From: Dehalococcoidia bacterium
Lineage (GTDB): Bacteria; Chloroflexota; Dehalococcoidia; Lucifugimonadales; UBA3495
Direction of reading: 5' to 3'
NCBI GenBank assembly: GCA_965222895.1
Contig: CBDCVB010000002.1
Span: forward strand, 798,037 to 862,036
Length of the DNA stretch: 64,000 nucleotides
Shown here piece by piece: positions 45,882 to 54,255 of this stretch. A program made the position numbers and the translations under genes. The first letter of the stretch is position 1, and every line of letters begins with the position of its first letter. The notes beneath the pieces are model-generated. The model was not told where the DNA came from. It worked only from the letters and a program-made list of their open reading frames with translations, and made no database searches.

Positions 45882-48800
45882 CGGATTTGCGCCTCCGCTC
45901 GGGTATCGTGGCCCCCCTGCGCCGGCGGTGGGGGCCAAATTTCCTGCTGGCAGCGCTGCTGCTGACCGCGTTGTCGCTGCGCCTCTACGGTATAGACTGG
46001 GACGGCGGCCACGGGTTCCATCCGGACGAGCGGTCTTTTTACCTGCGCGCCGACGATATGTTCCGGACGCTGACCGCCGGCCCCGGATACGAACGCCGGT
46101 TGGCGGAATGGCCCGGCATGGAGCCCGGCATCCCCGGCTTGCGGGCTTTTTTGTCCGCAGAGCGCAGCCCGCTGAACCCCCACTGGTTCCCGTTGGGGAG
46201 CGTGCTCATTTACGCGTTGGTGCTGGTGCGGTCGGTGGCAGAGCTGTTCACCGACTGGGGGGCGCTGGATATGCGGTTTGCCGGACGCACGCTGGCGGCA
46301 TTGGCGGATACCGGCTCGGTGGCGATGCTGTACCTCATCGGTCGCCGGATGTACGGACGATGGACGGGATTATTGGCCGCCGCGCTGGTTACGTTCGCGG
46401 TTATCCACATCCAGCACGCCCATTTTTATCGACCGGAGCCGTTTACCGTGCTGACATCACTGGCGGCGCTGTGGGCGATGTTACGTTTCGTCGATGGGCG
46501 GCGGGTGCTCGACGCCGCGTTGCTGGGCGCGCTGGTTGGGCTGGCCATGACTCCCAAAGTGTCCGTAGCGCCAATGCTGGCTCCGCTGGCGCTGTCATTC
46601 CTGTGGGTGGCCAAAGACCGGGTCGGTGGGATCTGGTCTGACCTGACCGTGCCGGCGGCGGTGCGCATGGCTCCGATGTTGCTGTTGTCCGGAGGGTGTG
46701 CGCTGGCGGTGTTTGCCCTCGCCACGCCGTATGCGCTGCTGGACTTCGGGGCGTTCATCGGGGACATCAAACAGCAAACGGCCATGGCGCGGGACGCGTG
46801 GACCTTCCCGTTCGCGCGCCAATACATCGAGACCCCAGCCTTCCTGTACCAGATTCGGCAAGTGGCCGTTTGGGGCGTGGGGCTGCCGTTGGGAATAGCG
46901 CTGTGGCTGGCCGCCCCGTTTACGGCGTGGATGGCCTGGCGAGGCGGCCGGACGCAACGGGGTGACCTGCTCCTGTTGGCGTGGGCCGTTCCCGCGTTTG
47001 TGTTTCTGGAATTATTTGAGGTCAAATTCCTGCGCTACGTGTTCCCGCTGGTGCCGTTCTATCTGCTGATGACGGCCCGGATGCTGACGGCGGCAATCTC
47101 GTGGGGGCAGGAAAGTCGCCGGCGGGCTGTGGTCGCAGAACGGTTCGATCCTGTAGATGCGCCCTTCTCGGAGGAATGGCACGCCACCCCGCCGACGGTG
47201 GGCGACGATGTGATATTCGACGAACCGCTGGTTGGCGATGCACCGTTTTCGGAAGAGTGGCACGCGACACCGCCGTTGGCCGGGGCGTCGGTGTCGTCAT
47301 TGCCGTCGCCAAAGGCGCCCCGGATGCCGTCGCCATTGCGCCGCTGCGTTGACCGGTGGGCGCTGTCGGCCGGCGTTGCGTTATTGGTCGTAACGCTCGC
47401 CGGCGCTGTGCTCTATGCGGTTGCCTTCGTCAGTATCTACTCCCGCCCGCACACGGCGGTAACCGCCTCCGAGTGGATAAACAACAACGTGCCGCTGGGC
47501 GCGCGGATTATCAACGGCGGTTCGTTCTGGGATGAGCGGGTTCCTGACTTGGGCCGATACCACGTGTGGACGTTTCCCGCTTACGAGCTGGATAGCGAGA
47601 CCACAAAAATTCCGGAGCTGGTAGAGCAACTGGCGAGCAGTGACTACCTGGTCTTTTACTCGAACCGCGCCTATGGGTCGGTGGCCCGGCTGCCTGACCG
47701 GTATCCCCATAGCGCAGCATTCTATCGGGAATTGTTCGCTGGCCGGCTGGGATACCGGCTGGAACGGGCCTTCACTTCCTATCCGTCGCTGGCCGGGGTG
47801 TCCCTGCGCGATGACCCCTACGGGCGCGCCGGATTGTCCGCGCCACCGTTGGCTGGTACTGACGCAGATGACGGGCAGCCGGGCGGCGCAGTCATCAGCC
47901 TGGATTACGCCGATGAGAATGTCATCGGCTACGACCATCCGCAAGTTCTGGTATTCCGGAACGTGCAGCGATTTTCAGTTGAGGATTTGCGCGAGCGGAT
48001 TGACGCCAGCGAGTCGGCCCCCGGCGCTACCGCGCCCTTGATGTTGCCTCCGGACGCGCTGGCTTCCCAACGGAGCGGGGGAACCTGGTCGCAGGTGTTC
48101 GACCGGGACGGATGGCCGGCACGGGCGCCCGGGTTGGCCTGGCTGCTGGTCATCGAGCTGATTTGCCTGGCTGCGTTCCCTTTGACGTGGTGGCTGATGC
48201 GATCGCTGCCCGACCGAGGAATCCTGCTGGCGAGGGTCGTGGGCCTGCTGCTGGTGTCCTGGGTGGCCTGGCTGCTGGTGAGCGCCGGTGTGCTGCAATT
48301 TTCGGCCGGCACAATTTGGCTCTCATTGCTCATCGTCGCCATTCCGTCCGGGTTGGTGCTGTGGCGGCAGTGGCGACAGATGCTGGACTGGCTGAGGCGT
48401 CGCTGGCGGCTGGTGGTTACCGCCGAAGCGCTGTTCCTGCTGGCGTATCTGGGGTTTCTGCTCATACGGGCGGCCAATCCCGATTTGTGGCACCCGTGGC
48501 GAGGCGGCGAGAAGCCGATGGAGCTGGCCTATTTCACCGCCGTGGCGCGCTCGACGGTGTTGCCGCCCTATGACCCCTGGTTCTCCGGCGGCTACCTGAA
48601 CTACTACTACTGGGGATACTTCATCCTGTCGGTACCGATGCGGCTGACCGGGATTCCGCCGGCCACTGCGTTCAACGTGGCCGTACCGCTGCTGTTCGCG
48701 CTGACGGCTACCGGCGTGGGTTCGCTGGTGTACAACCTGGTGGCGGCAGCCGGTGGTTCTGCCGGAGCTGGCCGCGAGCCGGTCGCCCCGCGCGGATTCA

Positions 48801-50554
48801 GCAGATTGTTGCGGTGGGCGCCGGGCGGCGCCCTAATGGCCGGTGTCGCCGCCGCCATCATAGCGACGGTGGCCGGCAACCTGGATGGCGTTGTGCAGCT
48901 GGCGCAACTGGCCAAATCGAGATGGGAAGGCGTGGTAGTAACGCTGGCCAATTTCGACTTTTGGCGCAGCAGCCGGGCCATTCCGGTTCTCGACGACTTT
49001 GAGCCTTCTAAACTGACGCCCTGGATTGACCGCCGAGATTGGGTTGAAACCGGGTTCCATATTACCGAGTTTCCCTTTTTCACCTTTTTGTTCGCCGACT
49101 TGCACGCTCACATGATGACGATGCCGTTCGCCGTACTTGGGCTGGCCCTGGGGTTGAACCTGCTGCTTGGCCTGGCCCGCCGGCGAGTGTGGCTGGACCC
49201 CTGGGCGTGGATTTGCGCTGCCGGGCTGGGCCTGGCGGTGGGCAGTCTGTGGGCAATCAACTCCTGGGAGTATCCGGCCTATGCCCTGCTGATGGTGGGG
49301 ATATGCGCGGCGGCGGCGTGGATGGCGCCCGGGTCGGTGCGAACCCGGCTTTGCTTCGGGGGCGCGCTGGTCGCGCTGGCGCTGGCGGTCAGCTACGTAG
49401 CTTTCTGGCCTTTTCACGCCCAAACGGAAACCTTCGGCACTGGAATCGAGGCGACGCGCTGGCGCACCCCGCTGGTTAATTTCCTGCTCATCCACGCCCT
49501 GTTGGTGCTCGGTGCGGCGGCGCTGCTGACGGCGACGTTACCGCGAGCGTCGGCGCCGTTGGTCAACCGGCTCCGTGGCGGCGGGCGGTTGCCAGCGCAC
49601 CACCAATGGATTCTGGCTCTGGTGGGACTGGGCATCGCGCTGACGCTCTATCTAGGGGCGGCCGGTTATCTAACCGCCGGCTTGCTGACGATTGCGCTGT
49701 CGTTGACCGGGTGGGCGTTGCTGGCGGCGGTGTTCGCTGCCGAGTCGCCGCACCGCCGGTCGGATGTGATGGCTCTGGGAATGCTGGCGCTGGCACTGGC
49801 GGTTGGCATCGGTGTGGAGATACTGCGGGTGGAGGGCGATATCGCGCGGATGAACACCGTGTTCAAGTACTATCTGGTGGCGTGGCTGCTGTATGCCGCC
49901 GTCGCCGGTTACGGGTTCTGGCGATGCTGGAGCAGTTCGGGTGGGAACCCTCCGCGCCTGAAACGCGGCGTTCGGATGGTTTCGGCTGGTGCGGTGGCGA
50001 TTATCGCGGTTGGTGTGTTGGCGTACCCGGCGTTGGCTACTCCGGTGCGGATCAACGACCGGTTCGGTGAAACCCCGTTGACGCTAAATGGCGCCGCCTG
50101 GATGCCGGAGGCGGTGCACTGGGAACGTGAAACGCCCATCACGCTACGCTGGGATGCCGACGCCATCCGCTGGTTGCAGGACAACGTTGCCGGCGCTCCG
50201 GTGGTGCTGGAAGCTCATGGCGACCAGTACCGTTGGAACGGCCGTATATCGGTTTACACGGGCTTGCCCACGGTGTTGGGATGGCCGTGGCATCAGACCC
50301 AACAGCGCAACGACCCTGATGCCGTGCGCGCTCGCGCGTCCGACATATCCCGAATGTACAACAACCCCGACCGGGCGGAGACGCAAAGTTTGCTGGCCGA
50401 GTACGGCGTAGCGTATATTGTTGTTGGGGACTTGGAACGCATCTATTACCGATCGGAAGGCATCGCCAAGTTTGACGCTATGGCGGCTGATGGCGTCCTC
50501 GAACTGGTGTTCGCTAACCAGGGCACCAGCATATACGAAGTAAGCGAGCGCTGA
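45851..50554 (+). CDS. Giant polytopic membrane protein: GT39/ArnT-like N-terminal region plus DUF2298 ('chlor_Arch_YYY') region
   Basis: LRLYGIDWDGGHGFHPDERSFY is the typical DUF2298/PMT_2 opening, and GGYLNYYYWGY is the YYY signature. There are many transmembrane segments throughout. The true start is probably TTG at 45887 or GTG at 45908, just after the gap stop. Confidence 0.8.
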   Translation: MLCGGRSGRLTDLRLRSGIVAPLRRRWGPNFLLAALLLTALSLRLYGIDWDGGHGFHPDERSFYLRADDMFRTLTAGPGYERRLAEWPGMEPGIPGLRAFLSAERSPLNPHWFPLGSVLIYALVLVRSVAELFTDWGALDMRFAGRTLAALADTGSVAMLYLIGRRMYGRWTGLLAAALVTFAVIHIQHAHFYRPEPFTVLTSLAALWAMLRFVDGRRVLDAALLGALVGLAMTPKVSVAPMLAPLALSFLWVAKDRVGGIWSDLTVPAAVRMAPMLLLSGGCALAVFALATPYALLDFGAFIGDIKQQTAMARDAWTFPFARQYIETPAFLYQIRQVAVWGVGLPLGIALWLAAPFTAWMAWRGGRTQRGDLLLLAWAVPAFVFLELFEVKFLRYVFPLVPFYLLMTARMLTAAISWGQESRRRAVVAERFDPVDAPFSEEWHATPPTVGDDVIFDEPLVGDAPFSEEWHATPPLAGASVSSLPSPKAPRMPSPLRRCVDRWALSAGVALLVVTLAGAVLYAVAFVSIYSRPHTAVTASEWINNNVPLGARIINGGSFWDERVPDLGRYHVWTFPAYELDSETTKIPELVEQLASSDYLVFYSNRAYGSVARLPDRYPHSAAFYRELFAGRLGYRLERAFTSYPSLAGVSLRDDPYGRAGLSAPPLAGTDADDGQPGGAVISLDYADENVIGYDHPQVLVFRNVQRFSVEDLRERIDASESAPGATAPLMLPPDALASQRSGGTWSQVFDRDGWPARAPGLAWLLVIELICLAAFPLTWWLMRSLPDRGILLARVVGLLLVSWVAWLLVSAGVLQFSAGTIWLSLLIVAIPSGLVLWRQWRQMLDWLRRRWRLVVTAEALFLLAYLGFLLIRAANPDLWHPWRGGEKPMELAYFTAVARSTVLPPYDPWFSGGYLNYYYWGYFILSVPMRLTGIPPATAFNVAVPLLFALTATGVGSLVYNLVAAAGGSAGAGREPVAPRGFSRLLRWAPGGALMAGVAAAIIATVAGNLDGVVQLAQLAKSRWEGVVVTLANFDFWRSSRAIPVLDDFEPSKLTPWIDRRDWVETGFHITEFPFFTFLFADLHAHMMTMPFAVLGLALGLNLLLGLARRRVWLDPWAWICAAGLGLAVGSLWAINSWEYPAYALLMVGICAAAAWMAPGSVRTRLCFGGALVALALAVSYVAFWPFHAQTETFGTGIEATRWRTPLVNFLLIHALLVLGAAALLTATLPRASAPLVNRLRGGGRLPAHHQWILALVGLGIALTLYLGAAGYLTAGLLTIALSLTGWALLAAVFAAESPHRRSDVMALGMLALALAVGIGVEILRVEGDIARMNTVFKYYLVAWLLYAAVAGYGFWRCWSSSGGNPPRLKRGVRMVSAGAVAIIAVGVLAYPALATPVRINDRFGETPLTLNGAAWMPEAVHWERETPITLRWDADAIRWLQDNVAGAPVVLEAHGDQYRWNGRISVYTGLPTVLGWPWHQTQQRNDPDAVRARASDISRMYNNPDRAETQSLLAEYGVAYIVVGDLERIYYRSEGIAKFDAMAADGVLELVFANQGTSIYEVSER

Positions 50555-50559
50555 TATTT

Positions 50560-50865
50560 ATGGGATCTGAATTGGTACCGTTCATACGGGACATCGCAAT
50601 CATCGTGATGGCAGTGGTGGTCGTTGTGCTGTGCGTCACGCTGCTGATTATGCTTCTAAAGACATACCCGAAAGTGCGCCGGGCTACCGGCAACTTCGAG
50701 ACCGCATCGGCGATGGTGGTGGATGCGGCATCCAGAATTTCCGGAATTGTGAGCCTGGGCAGCGAATTTGCCGGATTGATTTGGGGTCTTTTTGAGCGAT
50801 TCAGAACACGGGGCGGCGAAGTGGCGGAAGACGGAGATGAGGACGGGAATTCGGCGCCGAGGTAA
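50560..50865 (+). CDS. Small membrane protein (one N-terminal TM, acidic tail; DUF948-like?)
   Basis: IAIIVMAVVVVVLCVTLLIML is a transmembrane segment, followed by a helical region. It starts 6 nt after the upstream stop. Confidence 0.4.
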   Translation: MGSELVPFIRDIAIIVMAVVVVVLCVTLLIMLLKTYPKVRRATGNFETASAMVVDAASRISGIVSLGSEFAGLIWGLFERFRTRGGEVAEDGDEDGNSAPR

Positions 50866-50998
50866 CCGGTACGCTGCTCGGTGTGGCTGAGTCCGCGGCA
50901 CGAAGCGCGGGTGCTGTTTTGACCCTTTGCGGTGGTTACCATATAATCGGCAACGCTGCGCCGTAGTAGACAATCTCGCCGGCGCCGGAGGTAACACC

Positions 50999-52033
50999 GT
51001 GGCCATTGAATCTGTTCGAGTCGGCTTGATTGGAGCCGGCCGCAACACTCGCGACCGGCATATACCCGGTTTCCAGACTGTCGCCGGAGTCGAAATCGGC
51101 GCCGTCGCCAACCGCAGTCGGGAATCGGGTCAGCGGGTAGCTGACGCCTACAACATTCCCACCGTGTACGACGATTGGGAAGAATTGCTTGAAGACGAGA
51201 GCCTGGACGCCATTTGCATCGGCACCTGGCCGTACATGCACCGCACGCTGACGATTGCATCGCTGGCCGCGGGCAGGCACGTGCTGTGTGAGGCTCGCAT
51301 GGCGATGAACGCCGGCGAAGCCCACGAGATGCTCGCCGCATCGCAGGCATCGCCCACACTGGTGGCGCAGATTGTGCCGTCGCCGATGACCTTTGGCATC
51401 GACGACTTGCTCATCCGGCTGGTTTCGGAAGGGTTCCTCGGACAGCTGGTGTCCGTGGACGTGCAATCTCAGACTGGCTTCGCCGACCCGGGCGGCCCCC
51501 TGCACTGGCGGCAAGACCGGGACATGAGCGGGTTCAATATCCTGAACATGGGCATCTGGTACGAGGCGATGATCCGCTGGGTGGGCCGGGCCACGCAGGT
51601 AATGGCGATGACCCAGATAACGGTGCCGCATCGCAAGGATGATGACGGGAACTGGCGTTCGGTTACCGTTCCCGACACGGTGGACATTCTGGCTCGGCTG
51701 GCGAACGGAGCCAACGCCCGCCTGAGATTCAGCGCCTGCGCCGGGCTGTCCCCGGGCAATTCGGTGTGGCTCTACGGGACCGAAGGCACCATCCATGTCG
51801 ACAATCAATGGCGGGTTTTCGGTGGTAAACGGGGCGACTCGGAGCTGCAGGAAATCGCCAACCCGCCGGAAAACCGCTACAGCTGGTCGGTGGAGCAGGA
51901 GTTTATCGCGTCCGTGCGCGACAGAACGCCGGTGATGCGCACACCGTTCAACATCGGGGTGCACTACATGGAATTCACCGAAGCCGTAACCGCCAGCGCC
52001 CAGAGCGGAGAGGCGATGCCGCTGCCGTTGTAA
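50999..52033 (+). CDS. Gfo/Idh/MocA-family oxidoreductase
   Basis: Motifs: VRVGLIGAGRNTRDRHIPG and ..DAICIGTWPYMHRTLTIASLAAGRHVLCEARMA. The GTG at 50999 is preceded by GGAGG at 7 nt. The track ORF starts at 50927. Confidence 0.85.
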   Translation: MAIESVRVGLIGAGRNTRDRHIPGFQTVAGVEIGAVANRSRESGQRVADAYNIPTVYDDWEELLEDESLDAICIGTWPYMHRTLTIASLAAGRHVLCEARMAMNAGEAHEMLAASQASPTLVAQIVPSPMTFGIDDLLIRLVSEGFLGQLVSVDVQSQTGFADPGGPLHWRQDRDMSGFNILNMGIWYEAMIRWVGRATQVMAMTQITVPHRKDDDGNWRSVTVPDTVDILARLANGANARLRFSACAGLSPGNSVWLYGTEGTIHVDNQWRVFGGKRGDSELQEIANPPENRYSWSVEQEFIASVRDRTPVMRTPFNIGVHYMEFTEAVTASAQSGEAMPLPL

Positions 52034-52070
52034 CAGGCCGGCCAGCGCCGCAAAACGTAGGGGCGATTTA

Positions 52071-52532
52071 TCAGTCGTCCCTATGGGTTGCGTTATGTAC
52101 ATCGCCATTCAGCAGGGTTTCAAGTTCCTTTGGCGTGACGTTGAAAGTCGACGAGCCGGTAGCATCGTCCTGCACTACGACGCTGCGCAACAGTTCGCGC
52201 ACTCGCTGCACTTCGTCCCGGCGCCCTTCCCGGCGTCCCTCTTGACGTCCTTCACGTCTTCCTTCTTCTCGTATCTTCTCCCGCACTGCCCTTCTGATCT
52301 CCGACCTTTTCTCAAACAATTTCCGTCCTCCGTCAAACAGGCCGGCCAACGGTATCACAAAAGCCCAGTACAACCGCGTTACGGCGGTTTCAAAATACTG
52401 AAATGCCCGAATATCCGACCCGGCGAACTCCTCCAGAACTGCGATGCTGACGCACCCGACGATAATAAACCCGGCAATCTGCCACCATATACCCCGTTCG
52501 GATAGTTCGCTTGGCAATTCTGATGCTCTCAT
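52071..52532 (-). CDS. Hypothetical membrane protein with an EGRR repeat tract
   Basis: It has two predicted TM helices and the tract REEGRREGRQEGRREGRRDE. GC is lower than in neighbouring genes. No family was recognised. Confidence 0.4.
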   Translation of the reverse strand: MRASELPSELSERGIWWQIAGFIIVGCVSIAVLEEFAGSDIRAFQYFETAVTRLYWAFVIPLAGLFDGGRKLFEKRSEIRRAVREKIREEGRREGRQEGRREGRRDEVQRVRELLRSVVVQDDATGSSTFNVTPKELETLLNGDVHNATHRDD

Positions 52533-52561
52533 TTTAGCATTGGGAAGGGCCGCTCTGGATA

Positions 52562-53104
52562 CTAGTGGTCCAACAGACAGGCGATGACTTGCGGCGCGGC
52601 GATGGTAGCCCGGTCTGACAGCTCGGCATCGGTGAGGGTTATGATGGGGTGCTCAATAACGGCTACCCGGTATTCAGGGTCGCCGCGCATTCGCGACATG
52701 GCGCGGGCCTGGCTCACGAATGGTCGGGTGGTCAGCACGGTGGATGGGATGCCCAGCAGTTCGGTTTCCATTGCGTCATGCACACTGCACGCGGTGCAGG
52801 ATCCTCATTCCGCCGTAGCGTGGATGGCCACGTCGATGCTGGCGGCCGTGCGTTGCAGATCCTCAATGCGGGCCGGCCACTGCCACCCGCCCTTGTTGTG
52901 CTCCACGGTGCCGGCGATGTCGTAACGCTCGCCGATAATGGCGGCGATGCGCCGGAGCAGGTCTTCGGAATGGGGCTTGTTGTTGGAAAACAGCCCAATG
53001 ACCTTGCCGTCCAAAGTGGCGGGCCGCTGGGCAATCCGCGCGGGAGCTGTGGGTGCGTCATCGCGGGGGTCGAGGGTGGTTATTGGTGCGTTTGGGGTTG
53101 CCAT
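52562..53104 (-). CDS. Candidate UGSC-motif selenoprotein (in-frame TGA at 52805-52807 read as Sec)
   Basis: Track ORFs 52805-53323 and 52562-52783 are in the same frame, separated only by the TGA. The read-through gives ..DVAIHATAE-U-GSCTACSVHDAMETELLGIP.. . The ATG at 53104 is preceded by AGGAGG. A hairpin CTGCAC-CGC-GTGCAG starts 6 nt after the TGA. Confidence 0.55.
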
Positions 53105-53139
53105 GTGTAACCTCCTGGCGTGCAATGTGAGACTCAGGT

Positions 53140-54171
53140 TTAGCGGTTGGGCGCCGCAACCTGGCGCGTAACCGAGCGGCTGCTGCCCCAGGTGTTGATG
53201 AGGCTGATGAAGGCACCGGCCATGCCACCGCCGGGGAGTACGGTGATGCGGTCGGCGTCGGCGACCACCGGAACCATCCGCTCGGCGTGCCCCGATGATT
53301 CCATGCGCCGCCAGCGTACCCATTCAGATTCCGGTAGATGGGTGTTTTGGTGCAGGAATTCGGCAACCTGCCGCCGCGTCCAGCCGGCTTCGGCGATGTG
53401 CAGCATGGCCTCGGGGCTGATGACGCAGATGACTTCGGTGGAACTGGGGCCGAAGGCCAGCATGGCGTGGGCGACTGTGGTCAGGAAGCCCGCCGGGTCG
53501 CGGTCGCCGTGGAGAGTCACCTGCAGCGGCGCCAGCGTCGCAAAGGCGGTGGCGATAGTGGCGTCATCGCCGAAACCTTTTTCGGCGGCCAGAGACGGCC
53601 ACGGGCTGACGGCAAGATTTTCCGGAAAGCAGAAGCCAATTTTCCCGGGGTGCCCGAAGGTGCTGTTGTCCATGACGATGGGCGCCGAGCCGTAGAAGTT
53701 GGCCTTGAACAAATTGACCGCGCGACCGATGGCGGCGTTGGCGCGGCTACCGTTGCCCATCATCTCGACGCCGGCGTTCATTCCGATTGCCTCTGCGTAG
53801 GGGCCACTGACCACGGTCAGGACGGTTGCGCCGTTGGTTGAGGTGCTGCTGGCATGGAGGTTGAATGCGCGCTCGGAGATGGCTGATATTGATGCCATCA
53901 CCACCGGGAAGTGTTCCGGCAGGCACCCGGCCATTACGGCGTTGACCGCAGCCTTGCCGGCGGTGAATCGTTTCTGCCGGATGACCTCGGTGCCCAAATC
54001 GTGGTTGGTGCCCACACCGGCGTAGTCCAGCATATCCTGCACTCGCTGGACAGTGGGCGGAATGATGGGCAGGCCGTCGGTGAGGCCGTTGGCGTAGTAA
54101 TACTCCTGCGCCGTGGGCCAGTCCGCGAATTGAAGCGGTGGGCTAATGCCGACAGTATTCCGGGTAGTCAT
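53140..54171 (-). CDS. Conserved-looking hypothetical protein (343 aa) upstream of the UGSC gene
   Basis: The ORF is long and well coded, with the motif YYYANGLTDGLPIIPPT. No family was recognised by eye. The gap to the downstream gene is 35 nt. Confidence 0.6.
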   Translation of the reverse strand: MTTRNTVGISPPLQFADWPTAQEYYYANGLTDGLPIIPPTVQRVQDMLDYAGVGTNHDLGTEVIRQKRFTAGKAAVNAVMAGCLPEHFPVVMASISAISERAFNLHASSTSTNGATVLTVVSGPYAEAIGMNAGVEMMGNGSRANAAIGRAVNLFKANFYGSAPIVMDNSTFGHPGKIGFCFPENLAVSPWPSLAAEKGFGDDATIATAFATLAPLQVTLHGDRDPAGFLTTVAHAMLAFGPSSTEVICVISPEAMLHIAEAGWTRRQVAEFLHQNTHLPESEWVRWRRMESSGHAERMVPVVADADRITVLPGGGMAGAFISLINTWGSSRSVTRQVAAPNR

Positions 54172-54255
54172 AAGCGGGCCTCGCAAACGTGAGCACGGTT
54201 ATTGGCATGGATGGACAGGATGAACGGGATATGCCCGGATTTAGACTGACTGCGT

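Noticed and set aside
50936-52108. A 390-aa ORF on the minus strand.
   Set aside because: It is antisense to the Gfo/Idh/MocA oxidoreductase, which has a clear Rossmann motif and RBS. The antisense product is low-complexity.
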